From contig CM120643.1 in assembly GCA_051362555.1 (NCBI GenBank), positions 1,860,001-1,924,000 of the forward strand: a DNA stretch of 64,000 bases. The letters run 5' to 3'. The stretch is from Lingula anatina. Lineage: Eukaryota; Animalia; Brachiopoda. A program made the translations under genes and the position numbers. This document shows positions 24,621 through 39,119 of the stretch, piece by piece. The stretch's first letter is position 1, and the number at the start of each line of letters is the position of its first letter. The notes beneath the pieces are model-generated. The model was not told the DNA's origin. It saw nothing but the letters and a program-made list of their open reading frames with translations, and did not search any database.

Positions 24621-24955
24621 CAATGCGATGAGTGGAGTTCTTGTAGCACCGGCCTCCGGGTGAGGTAGCTTGAATATCATGACATGACGATGGAAGACAG
24701 TCAGATTTCGTCGACTTTTCTGAATCAAAATCTCAAACTATTAACGTCGCACAGGGTAATCTCGACATGTGGGAGGGTGGCTGCGAGTGTTTTGTCTCTA
24801 AGTACTGCTGCTTTAAAAGAGTCAACAGGCTATAAGCAAACTATAGTGTCCTCTATATGTGGTTTCAAAATGCAGTCTAAACGGCTTAACTAGGTGGAAA
24901 TGAGTTCCTGTAATCATTCATTCATTATATTTTGTTTTAGCAGCACCGACACACA

Positions 24956-27900
24956 ATGAGTAGAGAGAGAGAGCGTGCCCGTGGACCACCTGTGAGAGAT
25001 GAGAGGACAATCACAAATTCTGATGACCCAAAACTTCTGTACAGTCGGGTTTTTATAGGGAACTTGCCCACAGATAAAATGACAGAGGGGGAACTGGAAA
25101 CCATGTTTAAAAAATATGGAAAAGTATTGGGTGAGTTTGTATAAATACTGATATTTTGTGTAATAATTTATTTTTATTGTAATGTTTCTTCAAAGGTGTC
25201 TCTTAAGTATTACTGTTTTAGCTGATCTTTTTTTTTTGTTTTTTTTGTTTTTTTGCATATCTTACAGATAGTTATACTGGGTTTTTAAGAAGAAAAATAT
25301 TCATGATGCATTGGTGATTATTTTCTTAAATATATATTATACACTTATTCACAACTGAGGCTGGTTACAATCTGTATGCTCTGTTTGACGGGAGTGATTT
25401 TTGCACGAGATGGGATCTTAGTTAATGGCAAGAAAAAGTAGCTAAGTTCCGAAACCTGCTATAAGCCAGTGTCTCAGAAATGTCATTGAAATCGAAAGTG
25501 ATTGGCCCAGCTAATAAAGCTGTTCTGTGTTATATATTTATTATTCTATCATTCTAGGCACATCTTTACACAAGGGTTATGGTTTTGTTCAGTATGGCAA
25601 AGAGGAAGAAGCCAGGGAAGCTGTTAGACTAGAAAATGGGGGTCTGTACAAAGGATTTAGAATAGGTAAATGTACTGCACACAACAATACCATGAATAAA
25701 TTAAGGCAACCCACCTGAAGCTCTTTAACAAAACAGTTGTATCCTGCTGAGAGAGAGGAGCAGTTTCTCCTCAAAAGTCCAGATGAGGTTGAATCCACAT
25801 GTAGTGTAAATGGTGTAATTCATTTCCAAAATGGTATGTTGTAGACTCTTCCTTTTGTCCTTCGACTCTCACTGGTGTTTTTTTAAAATAGTTTATATAG
25901 TGTAATTATCATTGTTATATAATATATAACCCTCTAATTATTTTCCATTCCTCAGATGTGAAGATTGCCTCAGAAGGCAGAAGTCAGAGGGGTGGACCAC
26001 GGAGGTAAGGACAAACTTGACCACAGTCTGACCACAGCACTCACCCCTGGGATATATACAAAGCCCTTGACCCAAGTTTGACCTTGACATAAGTGCAACC
26101 TTGCTCCCAGGTTGACCTTTACCCCAGTTTGACAACTTCCACTGATTTGTGAGAAGTTTTTCTTCTCAGAGCAATAATAATGGAAGAATCCCGTTCTTAT
26201 TGCTATTAGCTAATGAAGGTTTCAGAAAATTGAAATAAGTATACATAAAGCACCTATTTTACAAAAATGACATGGAGATTTTAGTATTTTTCATTTTATT
26301 TATTATTTTTGTTTTTCATTCCTGATGCAGAAATCAATATTTCTTAAAGTAAGATCTTTCCCAGGACAATATTTTCCACTTGTGGTATAAATATTCCTGG
26401 AATTATGGTATTTGAGATTTTTAACAAGTACTGTAACTGTTTTGCAGGGAAAGAGACATTTCAGCAGGAAGAGGGTTGGCTCCCAGAGACAGGTCACCCC
26501 TGAGAGACCCCTATGAAGACCGTCTCAGGGACCCACTAAGAGACCCATACAGGTCAGGCCTAGGGATTAGTTTTATTATTGTCATTATTATCCCAGATGC
26601 CTTATTCATTCTTACATCATACCAGTTTTTGTCAGTTAGCAAAAAAAAAAAAAAGAAAAATGTAACTTTGCCAAATCAGAAGGAATGTAATTTTTAACAC
26701 AAAAAGATAGTTGTAACTATTGCAAAAAGACTAATGATTTTTTTTGTCTCTGTCTTGGTAATTATGGTTTTAATCTTGTATAAAGTATGTGCATAACTTT
26801 GGTAAGGATATCATTATGTACATATATTGAAGTTTTTCTCCAGACGAGATGATCCCTATGCTCGCGACCCCTACCTAGATGACCCTTACGGCCCTCCGCC
26901 CAGACGCCCCCCTCCCCTGGATGACCCCTACCTGGACAGATATGCCAGAGATGACCCATACAGGTATGATGTTATAACATAGATAATTTCTGTGTGTTAT
27001 AACTAAAACTTTAGTCACTTGGCTCTATTTGTTGTGTTTTATCAGTGGGAATACCAGGAAAATAACCTGTACTACACTGAGTGTCTATAAATATGTTAAC
27101 TTATTTCATTTGAAATAAAGTAATGATGTAAACTTCAATTGGGTTAATCTTTCCTTCAATAGACATAAATATTCTTACTGTGCACTTCCAGTGTGATGTA
27201 TTTGTGCACAAGCTCCTTGTGGATGTGTGTCTATGGGAGTGTGTATCATCATAAGATATATTTTCCTTGTTTCCAGGCGACCACCCCCCTTTGATGATGG
27301 GCGGGACCCCTACCGAGACCCTTATTACCCCCCTCCCCCAGTGGGGGCACCTGAGGCTGAGAGACCCCCATTTGACTGTTGTATTCTCATGAAATCTCCA
27401 CAACAGAGGTATAGTATTTAGATTGTATGATATTTGTGATTATCTCTTTTTTGGAAGGCGTTGGAATACTTATTTAGAAAACTACTGTATTTTGTGTAAG
27501 ATTTTTTTTTCTTTAACAGCATGTTTGTTAGATACCTGAGACTTTATATATTCATCTTGCATACTGCACAGGTAATCATATTTCAAGATTCTTATTATGG
27601 AAAAGAAATTTGTATCATTTCAAAGTTTGCACAGTATTTTCCTCATTATAATACCACCATCATAGGCAATGGCAATACACATGGTTTGAGTCCTGACCCA
27701 TCTTGTTTATTTAATGTAATAATGGATTTAAATGCACCACAACTGGCACAAGACAAGTTTTTAGTTGACACTTTCCATAACACGCATTCACAGACCTCAG
27801 TTTTTCTGGTTTCAGAGCTTACGGAGATATGATAACCCGCCGCTTGAAGACGTTCAGCGTGCTGACAGACATGCGCGAGATCCCAGAAGGCACCACTCCT

Positions 27901-30852
27901 CAGATCATGATCGATGATTTGGTGCGCAGGGGCATCCTGTACGCCATCATCATTAACAGTCAGAATGAAGTCCATCGGTCTCTGACACTGAACATCCTGC
28001 ACGGTACTCCCCAAGGTAGGAGAGGAGTTTTGGTACTGGAGAGAAATGTCTTAGTTTTTCAGGGAAATTTGTTTTTCTGTGATCGCGAGCAGGGGATTTC
28101 AAAGAGAGGAGAAAAGTATGGATTTTTTCGTGACTGTGAATTGGAATGCAGAACAAAGCGTGCATTCCCTGAAAAAATCACAGTTTGTTTGAAAATAAGA
28201 GGATTTTCGTGCCGATCGATGTTTTTGAGCAGTATTTTTACAATTTTGCTACAGTTATGAAAATATTTGACCTTGTGAAATTAATACTTTTAAAATTAAC
28301 AGGTACCTAGTTATGCTCAAATGTTACAGTGCATCGATTGACTGCAGATATTTAACCTAAACCGCTTGTTTTAATCGAAAGACGTGTTTGTGTTTCTTCA
28401 AAACTAACCGTATCAGTTATTTTGCCGTATTTTGCGAACTCATCAACATTCTTACATTGGTCCACATTCAAGTATAAAACCGAATTTTCTGATATAAACG
28501 TGCAACCCACACACTTTTTCTTTTGGAAAACGCGACAATTTTCACACAAAGACAATCCACATGATAGCGCAGAATGAATTAATCCTAAATACCCGCTTGG
28601 ATATAAAAACCAAAACACTGACCGTGCATTTTTTAAGAGCATTGTTCTGATGTCATTAAAAAGAAATGTCTGTCGTCAAAGCGCAACCGTGTTATGAACA
28701 TCATCATCAGGCATTGAAAGACAGAGTTTTCATATTTTAATATAATGTCGAAATAGGGCTGTGAATTAAAATTAGTCTAAATATTAACTTTTAAAATTGA
28801 GACATTCTATCGTGGACTTTTTTTACCAGTGATCGTGGGAAGCTCACAAACACCCGCGAGGATGTATTGATCTTCATATTTGAATGAATGAATAAATAAA
28901 CAAGACGGGTGCTTTACGTAAAGTGATACAAGAGCAGTAGAACCAGAATATGTTCACATTGTTTTAATTGTGTCGCAGCGGTAATAAAATGGTTATCCCT
29001 GTAACAGACATTCTACATTTTAAAATTTACAATTAAAAAATCAAAAAATAAATTGATCATAAATGAAGTGCGGTGTTGTTCAGATGAATTGTTCGCGTGA
29101 CCTGTGGAAACTGATGTCAAGAATGTTGATGCAAGTGACGTGTGAAATAAATCTGATGTAAACTATGATCCGAATTGACAAGGGTCGTTTTTGATGTTTT
29201 TATCAATGTTTGATACTAAAAGTTACAGGAAACATCACACTTTTTGTGCATGGAAGACGGTGGACGAAAAGTTTGAGGAAACGAAACATTAATTATCTGG
29301 CCACGCGATGCTTATCTTTGCTGATTTGTGGTATTCGTTTAATATGAAATGTTTTATTGAAAAGTTCCGTTATTGATTTGTTATTATTGATAATAAATAA
29401 ACGTCTGAATAAGTTAAACATGTATGTCATGATGACCATTACCATATTTTTTGTTATTTCAGGTTTTTAGCTTAAACAGTTGCACTTCTTCTCTTTCTGT
29501 GCCGTGCGGCCTTTTTCCTCGCATAATCGTAATCATCATCAACAGTTTGTTTCTGCTTTTTCTTTTTCAAACAAAAAAAAATTACAGAGCACAGAAATAT
29601 GCCGCTTGATGACGCCATGAGTCTTGTCGCGCGCAACTACGAGCAGTATCTGAAAGAATTGCGGGCCAAGGCACCAGTGCCTCCCCCCAAGGTGGATTTT
29701 ACACCCCCAGACCCAAGTATTGCCTATCTGCTTAATCTCATGGCAGATGGCCGCCAGTTAACACTGGAAGAATTGGAGAAGGTCCTGAAATATGTGAAGG
29801 AGAGGCGCGACCAAATGCTGCCTAAACGAGGTGCGAGCAATGGTAATATATTTATACATATATATATTAAAATATATATACATACTTATTGATATTGGAT
29901 TTTTAAATGAAATCGGTTGTTATTATGACCCATACATGCCGAAACATTGGGGATTGTTTACAAATCAAATCTGACAAATACATGTCTTAAGTTCTGAGCT
30001 TGTTAACATATACACAACTAAAAGATCACCAGTTAAAACCTTTACAGAAAATTTAAAATTTAATTTGTGCCATGGATACATTAATGTTCTTTAGCAAGAT
30101 AAAAAGAGGATTATCTTCTGCCCTCATTAAAACCAATTGTTTTTGTTTTATAATTCTTATTCAGTGTATGTATTATTTGCTTTATCCACACAATAAGTAT
30201 AAATTTTCAAAGAAAAAAAAAAAAACATGACTTATTATATTTGTGTTTAGGTGTAAGTGCGGGAGGGGGAGCAGGAGAGACAGGAGCACTGCGCGATGAG
30301 AAATCTCTGCTCCAACAACAGGCTCAGCTCCAGGCCAAGATCCTCAGCATTCTGAACCCCAACAGCGGCGTCCCGTCATCCCAGGGGGTCGGGATGGCTG
30401 CCCAGGAGCCGCAGGTCCCGCAGCAGCAGTCGGCTCAGGCTGGAGGCGTGGGACTGAACCTTGACAACCCCAGTATCCAGAAGGCCCTGGACAGTCTGAT
30501 CCAGAGTGGACCCAACCTACTGAAGAATATCACCTCCATCTCAACAGGGGGCAGCACCAGCGGGCAGAGTACCATGTCGCAGGCCGGGTATGGCGGTGGA
30601 GGTCAGGCGAGGGCCATGGGGGGTTACGGAGGTCAGCAGCAGGGGTATGGCGGTGCCTCTGGGTATGGTGCTGCACAGCAAGGATACGGCGCACAGGCTC
30701 AGCAAGGTTATGGCGCACAGGGACAGCAGGGATATGGCGGCGGAGGAGGCGGACCAGCTGGGTTGCTAGGAGACCGCCCTGCTGCTCAGATGCAGCAGCA
30801 ACAGCGAATGGGGATGGGAGGTCAGGGAGGTCGACCCCGCCCCCTCATGTGA
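24956..30852 (+). CDS. NCOA5: Nuclear receptor coactivator 5 (NCOA5/Neosin-like): RRM, RD/PY repeats, conserved central domain, G/Q/Y-rich tail
   Basis: Frame-consistent exons 24956-25130, 25558-25665, 25956-26004, 26448-26552, 26844-26963, 27277-27408, 27816-28015, 29588-29842, 30251-30852. RNP2 RVFIGNL, RNP1 KGYGFVQY, signature SLTLNILHGTPQEHRNMPLDDA, LDNPSIQKALDSL. Confidence 0.93.
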
Positions 30853-31625
30853 TTGACACAACCAATCTGCTGTATCCCTTGTACAATCTGCAAACTAATG
30901 GAATATGTTTGATATTTGGGACTGTATTAAAACCTTAACAAAGCAAGATGTGTCATGGTTTCTTGGGCAGATTCATATTTTCATAGAAAGAACTGTAGAT
31001 AAGTATGTTTAGCGTAGTGCAGGAACAACAATAATGCCGAGGCAATAAAGCTGTGTATAAATTCTCACTGCCGAGAAAGTATTGTACATACTAGTAAGAG
31101 ACTGCCCTGTAAAGAACCATGCGAGGTCAGACATGTTATCACTATGTTGTTTTGTATTTTAAAGAACTTTTTAAATGATGATAGTTGACATGGATGATTG
31201 TTGACACTGTGCGGGGGATCAGTCTTGATAACGTTGATGTTATCCCTGTGAAATGTTTACTTAAATTTGCATTGTTTAGCAGAATAGGTTCTAGAAATCC
31301 CATTTTGTTATTACAATCATGTTACATTTTAAATGTGTTACTTAGGTGTCTTTCGAGATGTTTTTATAAACTCCTTCATTGTAGAATGTATGTTTTACTG
31401 TAATAAAAAATGAAATATGAATTTAATGCTCAGTGTTATAAAAAATGCAATTCTGTGTCTGTTCATTTGAGAATAAATTGTGCTTGAAGATTATCATAAA
31501 CTCTAATATAAGAAGAATAAGAATATAACTAAATTCTTAAAAAAAAAAATTCGTCACAAGAATTTCAAAACATTCACGCAACATTGAGCCGGAGAGTATT
31601 TCACAGAAAACCTTTCTCATCATCT

Positions 31626-31794
31626 CAGGAGTGAGATTTTTCCGACTGTTGGCAGATTCCTGACTTTTTGAGAGCCAAAAAATGCCATTTTTGAGATCAA
31701 TGCTGAGTTTTTATTTCAGATGGGGAGCATAGGGTTAAATTTGGACCCCACACCATATTTTTCACTTTTTCACTAAATGGTGGTCTCCTACCTG
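31626..31794. mobile_element. MITE, family B copy 1
   Basis: CAGG...CCTG ends; similar to 35164-35297 (GAGATTTTTCC, CATATTTTTCA, CACTAAATGG). Confidence 0.55.
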
Positions 31795-33379
31795 ATATCT
31801 GAATGGAGTGGATCTTCATACCATGATTTTGCAACATAATATTAATTCTTCTTCGTAGTAAGAATTTTGTTGGTCTAAAATGAGTTTTGCTTGCGCACTC
31901 AGGGCACTTTAAGGTTAAACGCGAGTTGAAGGGTGAGCGACTGTGTTGTGAATCAACATAATGCTCACCATTTTCAGTGAAACATGGTTTCAGTTAATTT
32001 TTTTTGCACGTGGTGCATATTTTGTGATTTTTGCCTTTGAAGAATTGCCAACAAACGTCCAGTGACCAATCTGTTAAATTATTTCATCCGTTAAATGTGA
32101 CCTATTCTATTCATGTGGATAAATCTTATTTTTGCTGTCCGCGTTATCCAAGAAAACTCTGCATTTGCAGGTGCACCCATGCTATTCCCTAGTATTCTAA
32201 AGCATGGTGCATCTTTTTATGCATAATGAAAAATGAACATTTGTGTTCATTGGTAGCCGATTATCAAATATGTGAAAGCACTGAACTCTCGTGTGGTGAA
32301 ATCATTAAGCTGTGTTTATGCGGTCGTTTTATTTTCGAGATTATCCGATTAAGAAGTAGATTGCACTATGCAAATGTATTATTCCTGTAGTCTCAAAGTT
32401 GATTAACTTGATGTAAATGCATCGGTACATGAATGATGATTACGCATTTCTATTTCCTTAAGGGTTTTATTTAAATGATCGTGAAATTGAGAAGATTAAA
32501 CCAAAACACATCTTGCGGTGTATTACATGTGATGCCACAGCACCCAAAGATCACCACAGTGCCAGATGGTTGAACTCTTTTAATAAATTTTGCAAGGCAT
32601 GCCCTGCAAATCATTCTTTTTATCTCATGGATACACAGACAATTCTGTCTATAAAAATAACACATTTATGACATTAACACATTTACTCAATGTGGTCGCA
32701 TGTTACGTTGTCACTTAACAGCTCATAACCAGGCAGGGATGATGGATTTAATCTCAGAAGAAATGAACTCTGAATGAAGTGATTTTCATCGAGTAAAATG
32801 GTAATGATGTTTACCAAGTTGAACACTGCTAAGACAGTGAGAAACAGGCTCTCTTGACAAGCAAATAATTTTTCCATAAAAGATGACCATTTTTTTTATC
32901 ATTTTTTTTTTTTTTTTGCATAATTGAATTGGCTAATATTAAATAATTTTTTTAAATACATATATTAAAGAAATACAATTCCTTTCAATGACTGAGCACA
33001 AGTATGACGAAAGTATTCTTTAATTTAAAAAGATAGTGAACTAATATAGAACGGAGCACTACTAATTTAAAAATTAGAAACTGTCAAATGTAATAACCAC
33101 ATTCTAAAAACTTCTTACCTTAAAGAACCAAAAGTACTTGGTTAAATATCAAAATTTTATTAGCCAAATGGATGCTTTCTTTAATGTATTTTTACATCTT
33201 CGACTTGCTCATCTACCATTTCTCCATTTGGGAAGATTAACATGATAATTTGCTCAGTTAGTTGTAGGCTGATTAGATATTGATGTAAATCCGCCAATTC
33301 CAATCCATGGAAATCCGTCGTAATATGCAGTCACTAAAGTGATATGATGAATGTCTAGTCGTGTTTTCACTGGAAATCT

Positions 33380-33680
33380 GCATTATAAAATGTTATTTAA
33401 ACTGCTATGTTTCTGCATCGAATAATGTTATTTGAATCGCAGTTTTTATAATACCACGTTTCTGCATTGGAAAATGTTATTTGAATCGCAGTTTTAAAAA
33501 AAAGTTTTTTCGTTATATAATGTTATTAAAATCGCTGTTTTTATAATACCATGTTTTTGCATTGGATAATGTTATTTGAATCGCAGTTTTTATAATACCA
33601 TGATTCTGTGTTATATAATATTTTTTAAACCACAAATTTTATAATACCATGATTGTGTTGACGATGTTATTTTAACCACT
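33380..33680. repeat. Degenerate ~49-bp tandem repeat, about 6 copies
   Basis: AATGTTATTTGAATCGCAGTTTTTATAATACCATG... units. Confidence 0.8.
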
Positions 33681-35163
33681 GTTTAGACAAGCACTTTTAT
33701 TTCTATTAAACTTAAAATATAAGCTACTAACCCCACGCGTTTACTTTCTGAAACTCTCAACATGTGATTTTCCAAATACCTCTTCGTAATTCCTTTCTTT
33801 TTTGTTCATATTATTAACATTTGCTGAGTAATATGATTCACTGTGTTAGGAGGAAGGCGTTGGAAGGTGCCGCAGTTATCCGTCTCTTGAAGGGTAGGTG
33901 ACAGTCTCGGAAAATAATATCGCAGCTTTACGTGAACAATAAAAGGTGTCATTTAAATGATGGCAGGCTAAATATATATTTTTTTGTTTGTTTGTTTAAA
34001 TTTTATTTTTCAATATTTTTAAGGTGTTTGTAAAACGTAAGTCGCGTATGAGTTCATTTTTATTTGAGTGATTTGATTAACTCTTGCTGATATAAAACAG
34101 TTTCCTGCCTGAACCGAGTCAGCGAACTGAAACTTTTATCATGAATTCTCTATGTGCATTACGTTAATATGAAATGGGTTGGAAAAAAAAAACTTTAAAT
34201 ATTTAAGATTGGTACTTAAAATGGCGTTGAAATTTCGGGAAATTGTTTAAATTACCGTGATATCTAAACCAAAGAAAAATTCATTGATTAATGTCGCTTA
34301 TGAAATATATTTTATAACAAAAAAAGATTGACTGAATATGCATTTTAAAAATGAAAGGTCAGGATTGAGTGATGTAGATAAAGCTTTTCTGTACAGCCTT
34401 TTGAAGTAAAAAAATCATACAAAGACCAGGGATACTTGATGTAATTACTTTTTGAAAACTTGATGAATTTGAAGTAAATACATACTTTGTAAAGTTAAAT
34501 TATATTTAATGCATTTACTTTTTTAATAAAATTTTACTGAAATACAGTAGATAGCAGTAGCAGTTTACAAATCAAAAAGTTCTTGATTTAAGATCATTTG
34601 ATTGCTTTATTTCAGCAAAAATATGTGCATTTTGCCACAAATAATGCTTATAATTTTTTTTAATTATTTCTTTTTTACCTAGTATGGAACTGAACAGCTA
34701 AGTCAACGTTGTCTGAAACTGAGATGTCTTGAATAAGAAAAAGAAATGAGATTCCAGTCTGGTTATTAAAAGATGGAGATGTGCTGAACAGGTGATTGAT
34801 AAATGTTCTGATTTATTGCCTCATAATATGCAAAGCTGACTTGAGATTTACAGTTAATACATGAATTGTTAAGGGTAATAAATTAAAGAAATTAGTTGCT
34901 GTATGATATAATTTGCCTGAAGATTTTTTTTACTGTACAATGCGCAAGCATGTTTACATCAAAGAGCTTTTCATAGGAGTGGCAATGTTTTAATTACTAT
35001 AATATTCTCCCCCCCCCTTTTTTTTTTTCATGTTTTAAATATTTAATCGACTTATTGATAGGTTACAGGACCTCCAGTATAGGATGTCATGGAAGGAAGA
35101 AGTTCTTGAAGTGTGAACTAAGATTTTGAGGACAATATTTATGAGGTGAGACAAATGCAGTCC

Positions 35164-35297
35164 CAGGGATGAGATTTTTCCTACTATTGGTGTATTTGCA
35201 ACTTTTGGAGAGTCAAAAATATCACTGCCCTAGGCTGCCAGCGGGACCCAGGGACATATTTTTCAACTTTTCCCACTAAATGGCAGTGACATCCCTG
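35164..35297. mobile_element. MITE, family B copy 2 (hAT-like TIR)
   Basis: TIRs CAGGGATG / CATCCCTG. Confidence 0.6.
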
Positions 35298-35441
35298 GTC
35301 TCTTTATGTTTATTTTCAAAGATATATAATGTTTCTCACTTATGAAAGAAATTGCAATTAGTGCATTCAGAACAGTGCACTAACAGATCCAGGGATCAAA
35401 TATGGCGACCCACTAAAAAACTACCTTAATTAGACACTTAA

Positions 35442-38169
35442 GTGTGTGTCCACGAGAAAACCAGACCAAATGTAGAAAATGCGGCAAGGCGGGGGTGAAC
35501 GGATTTACACCATATTTGGTGTGTTTGAACTTTTATATGAACAATATCTGAGGCTGCAATATTTCCTGAAAAAAATCCCTACCTACAGAGATATGGGCAG
35601 TCACAATTTGGGGGGTTAATCAACCAAAAATTCATCTGAAAAACAGGGTTATATTGATTGGCCTTACAGTTTATACAGGTGTCACTTAATGATTTAGTTT
35701 GGTGATATGTTATAACCTAAAGATAGGGGATTAAAATGATATACACTTTTTTCACCCTCTTTGTTTCCATGGTAACAAACTAAACGTTTTTCTCAGGGCT
35801 AAGAACCACATGCTTTGAACACCCCCCTTCTATTTTTGACAATATCTTCATCTTCACAGGTCTTTGGGGTAAAGCGTGTTCAGGACTAACAGATAACTCA
35901 TTAATCTATTTATACATGAAATCAAAACTTACTGCTGTTCTACAACTTGTCCGTTGTAAGAGATAGAACATGACCTAATTTCTTCATTTTTCGTAAATTT
36001 ATCTGGACACATTTATCGGTGCACTCAACCTCAGCTATCTCTTTCAAGTCAACAAATGGTTTAAAACACTGTTAGTTGAGCTTTATATCTTCATTTTACC
36101 TATTCTAATTTTTTTTCTGGTTAAAACAAGCATCTAACACATTTTAAAATCATGTGAAACTAATGTACTAACGACAGAACAACACAGCGTGATTATCCAA
36201 CATGGCGGAAAGCGCAGACTGTTTCCATTACCCCTGCTGTTTCTTAGCAAATCGTCCTCACCGAAGTCGTATATCATGTGGTTTATACTCTGTCTACAGA
36301 TGTGAAAAAACATGTAGTGTATTGAAAAACTGCAACAGAGATATTAAGAGTCATCTTTGTCGCGTTTACGTGAAGCAAAACAGCGTGAGTTACGAAAGCA
36401 AACTGATTCTTGTCAGGTGTGGACTCTTTTGTCTCCGATGACCGCAATTGGACATTTTCAAGTAACTTTGGGAGAATGAATGGGTTACACCATGTGACCA
36501 GCATAGGGATATGGGCTTGGTTTGTGCTGGAAACCATCCACACAGGGAAAAACGAGCCTATAACGAAATATGTCATGGGATTAACTTGCAGATGTCAGTG
36601 TAGACAAAAAGCCATTTGAATATACTGGTGCCACTTGGTTCAGGTAAGAAACGGGTTTGTTTGTATTTTTATACAGGCTAAAAGCCAGAAAAAAGGTCAC
36701 TCAGAAAAAATGATCTAGGTGCAATTTTTTAATGGTAAACGGTCCATTTTTTTCTTTTTTAAAAGAAAACTGCCCCTTTCAAATAATGAAATTTCAGCCT
36801 AATCTTTTAAGCTATATTTGTGTAGGTATTTAGGTTGGTTTAAGGGTATTTGGGTAAAATAAATTTAAGGGTAACAAATGGAATTAGATTGAAGCTAGGG
36901 CTGGCCTTGGCAAAATTGCTAGTCTCATCATAATTTATTTTCGAAACCATGTCTTATAAAACATTGACACATTGGATAATAATTTATTTTTCATCAACGT
37001 ATCAATTAACTTTGAGATAAGTGTTTTCATGTGTCTATAGTAAGCTATATTTATATTTCAGGCACATTTGAGAGGTGTTATTTGACACACAGTGATCTTA
37101 TGGTCAGCAAAAGAGTCCAAAGCCTTGCAGAAACTGAAACTAGTGTGGAAATGACGGATGTTGTAGAAAGGCATGTATGTAAATGAAAGCTACAATATAA
37201 CAAATGCTGAGGAGATCCATGAGGCCTTAGTTTCTGCAGATAGAGTGGAGGGGTGCTCTTTTGCTGCCATTTTCTACATCCAGCTAGACAGACATCTTCC
37301 AAACCTGCGTGGACTGGAGTGTCCAGTTACAACAATTTGGCTTTCTTGATTCCCACAACATGAGAAAAGGTGTCTCTCTTCCTTGAGCAGTTTTAATATG
37401 AGTGATACTGATGTTAAAGTTAATTTGGGTTTATCTGAGGCAAATGTGCCAACTGGGACTATACCGAGAGAACTCCACCCTCTTGAATATCTCACTGAGT
37501 TACACAATGGATGAGCTTTAAAGTCATATAAACCTTTGAAACTATATTCAAATAAAGTAAAGGAGTTTTTACTGAAGGAGTTTAGAAGGGCACAAGAAAC
37601 AGGCCAGCAGAACCTAGCATTTGTGAACATGAAGATGAGAATGAAATGTCAGTAAGGAGGGTTACAGACTATTCAGGAAGAAAAAATCGGCAGTTATTTT
37701 TGAATGTATTATAAACTTTGATGTTATGAGCTGTAATGTTTGATATAAAACTGTTAAGATGTTTCATAACACCAGGATATATTTTGCAGTTGTGTTAGTT
37801 TTGCTTTTTGAATAGAAAATTATCTTGTTTTGCTACATTATGATATAGGTTGTAATGATCACAACTAATGTTGCACTGCTTTGCATGTATTGCTGTATTA
37901 TAATTTTGTGATTTTTTTATTATTTGTAATTATTCATCTGAGACAAAAATAAACTAATTTGAATATTTTTTAGTTACTGTTTGCTCATAAATAGTCACCA
38001 AAAAGTGGTGTGGATGATTAAAAAAAAACTTTTAAAAATTAAAAAAAGATTTGTTCTGGCTTTGATCTCATAAATACTATTTGGCATATCCTGATCTCTA
38101 AATGATAAATATTGCACCAAAAAGAAATCTTTACTAAACTAAGATTTTAATTTGTATTCACCAAATTGA

Positions 38170-38236
<67 letters not shown>

Positions 38237-39119
38237 TTATATATATATATATTATCATGTAAACTCTCAAGTTAATTGCAAGTGCTTATCCAAAGTAATA
38301 GAATCTAAGATTTATTTCCTCTTTTAAGGAATTATTTCCTCGTTAAAACTTTTTGTCCATACAAATGAAAAAGTCTATATATGACAATTTACAAAAATGA
38401 AGCCCAGTGACCTTGACCTATGACCCACTGACCTGATATTCATTAGTACACATCCACTTTCCATGCTCACCAGCCCTATTAATTTAGTAACAACATTGTA
38501 GAGCAAAATGTTTTAATAAATTAATCAAACCCATTGTCTACATAGACTTGAATGAATCCACCACGATTTTTTGCCTTAAAAATGGCCAACTTTGGGGGTA
38601 TTTTTCAGTACCTGTTTTAATACAGCAGTAACTTTTGAAACTTGATTTGGAGTGATCCATATCTGCCTAAAATATTCATGCAGTTTTATAGCTGTAAACC
38701 CTGTGAAGATGGAGATATATGCAATTAAAGATGGTAGTGTCAAAATTGGACTTTGGGGGGAGGGGTGTTATAAATGGGTGTGGCTCGCCCAAGCAGGGTC
38801 TTATCTGAATTCTACATATATCTGTGGCAAGCCAAATGATTGTTTTCAATGTTTGTAAGGTATAATGTTTTTTAGTTTTCTCCATTTCTGTTTAATTTAC
38901 ACAAAATTTATCATTATTTTTCCAAGGTAAAAATGGAGTCTCAAAGAGGCCACATAAGCCATGACTTATAATAGTCTGTAATTCTCTGAAGAAAGATATT
39001 TTTGGGATTCCTTCCTAACTCATGAATAACTTCCTAATATGCCTCCATACAACAAATTTGGTTGAAATCCGCTGACCCCCACCTTGCCACCCTGGGCTGG
39101 TTCTCTCGTGGACAAGCTC
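35442..39119 (+). mobile_element. Sola3-like DNA transposon, decayed internal-deletion derivative
   Basis: TTAA TSD; TIRs GTGTGTGTCCACGAGAAAACCAG and reverse complement GAGCTTGTCCACGAGAGAACCAG (GAG...CTC ends and TTAA are described for Sola3). Decayed spliced ORF from 36202 (SHL...LILVRCGLF...ILVPLGS|) and a C-terminal G*ALK...SNKVKEFLLKEF...ETG...MR motif at ~37505-37640. Confidence 0.65.
38172..38252. repeat. (TA)n microsatellite
   Basis: Directly visible. Confidence 0.95.
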
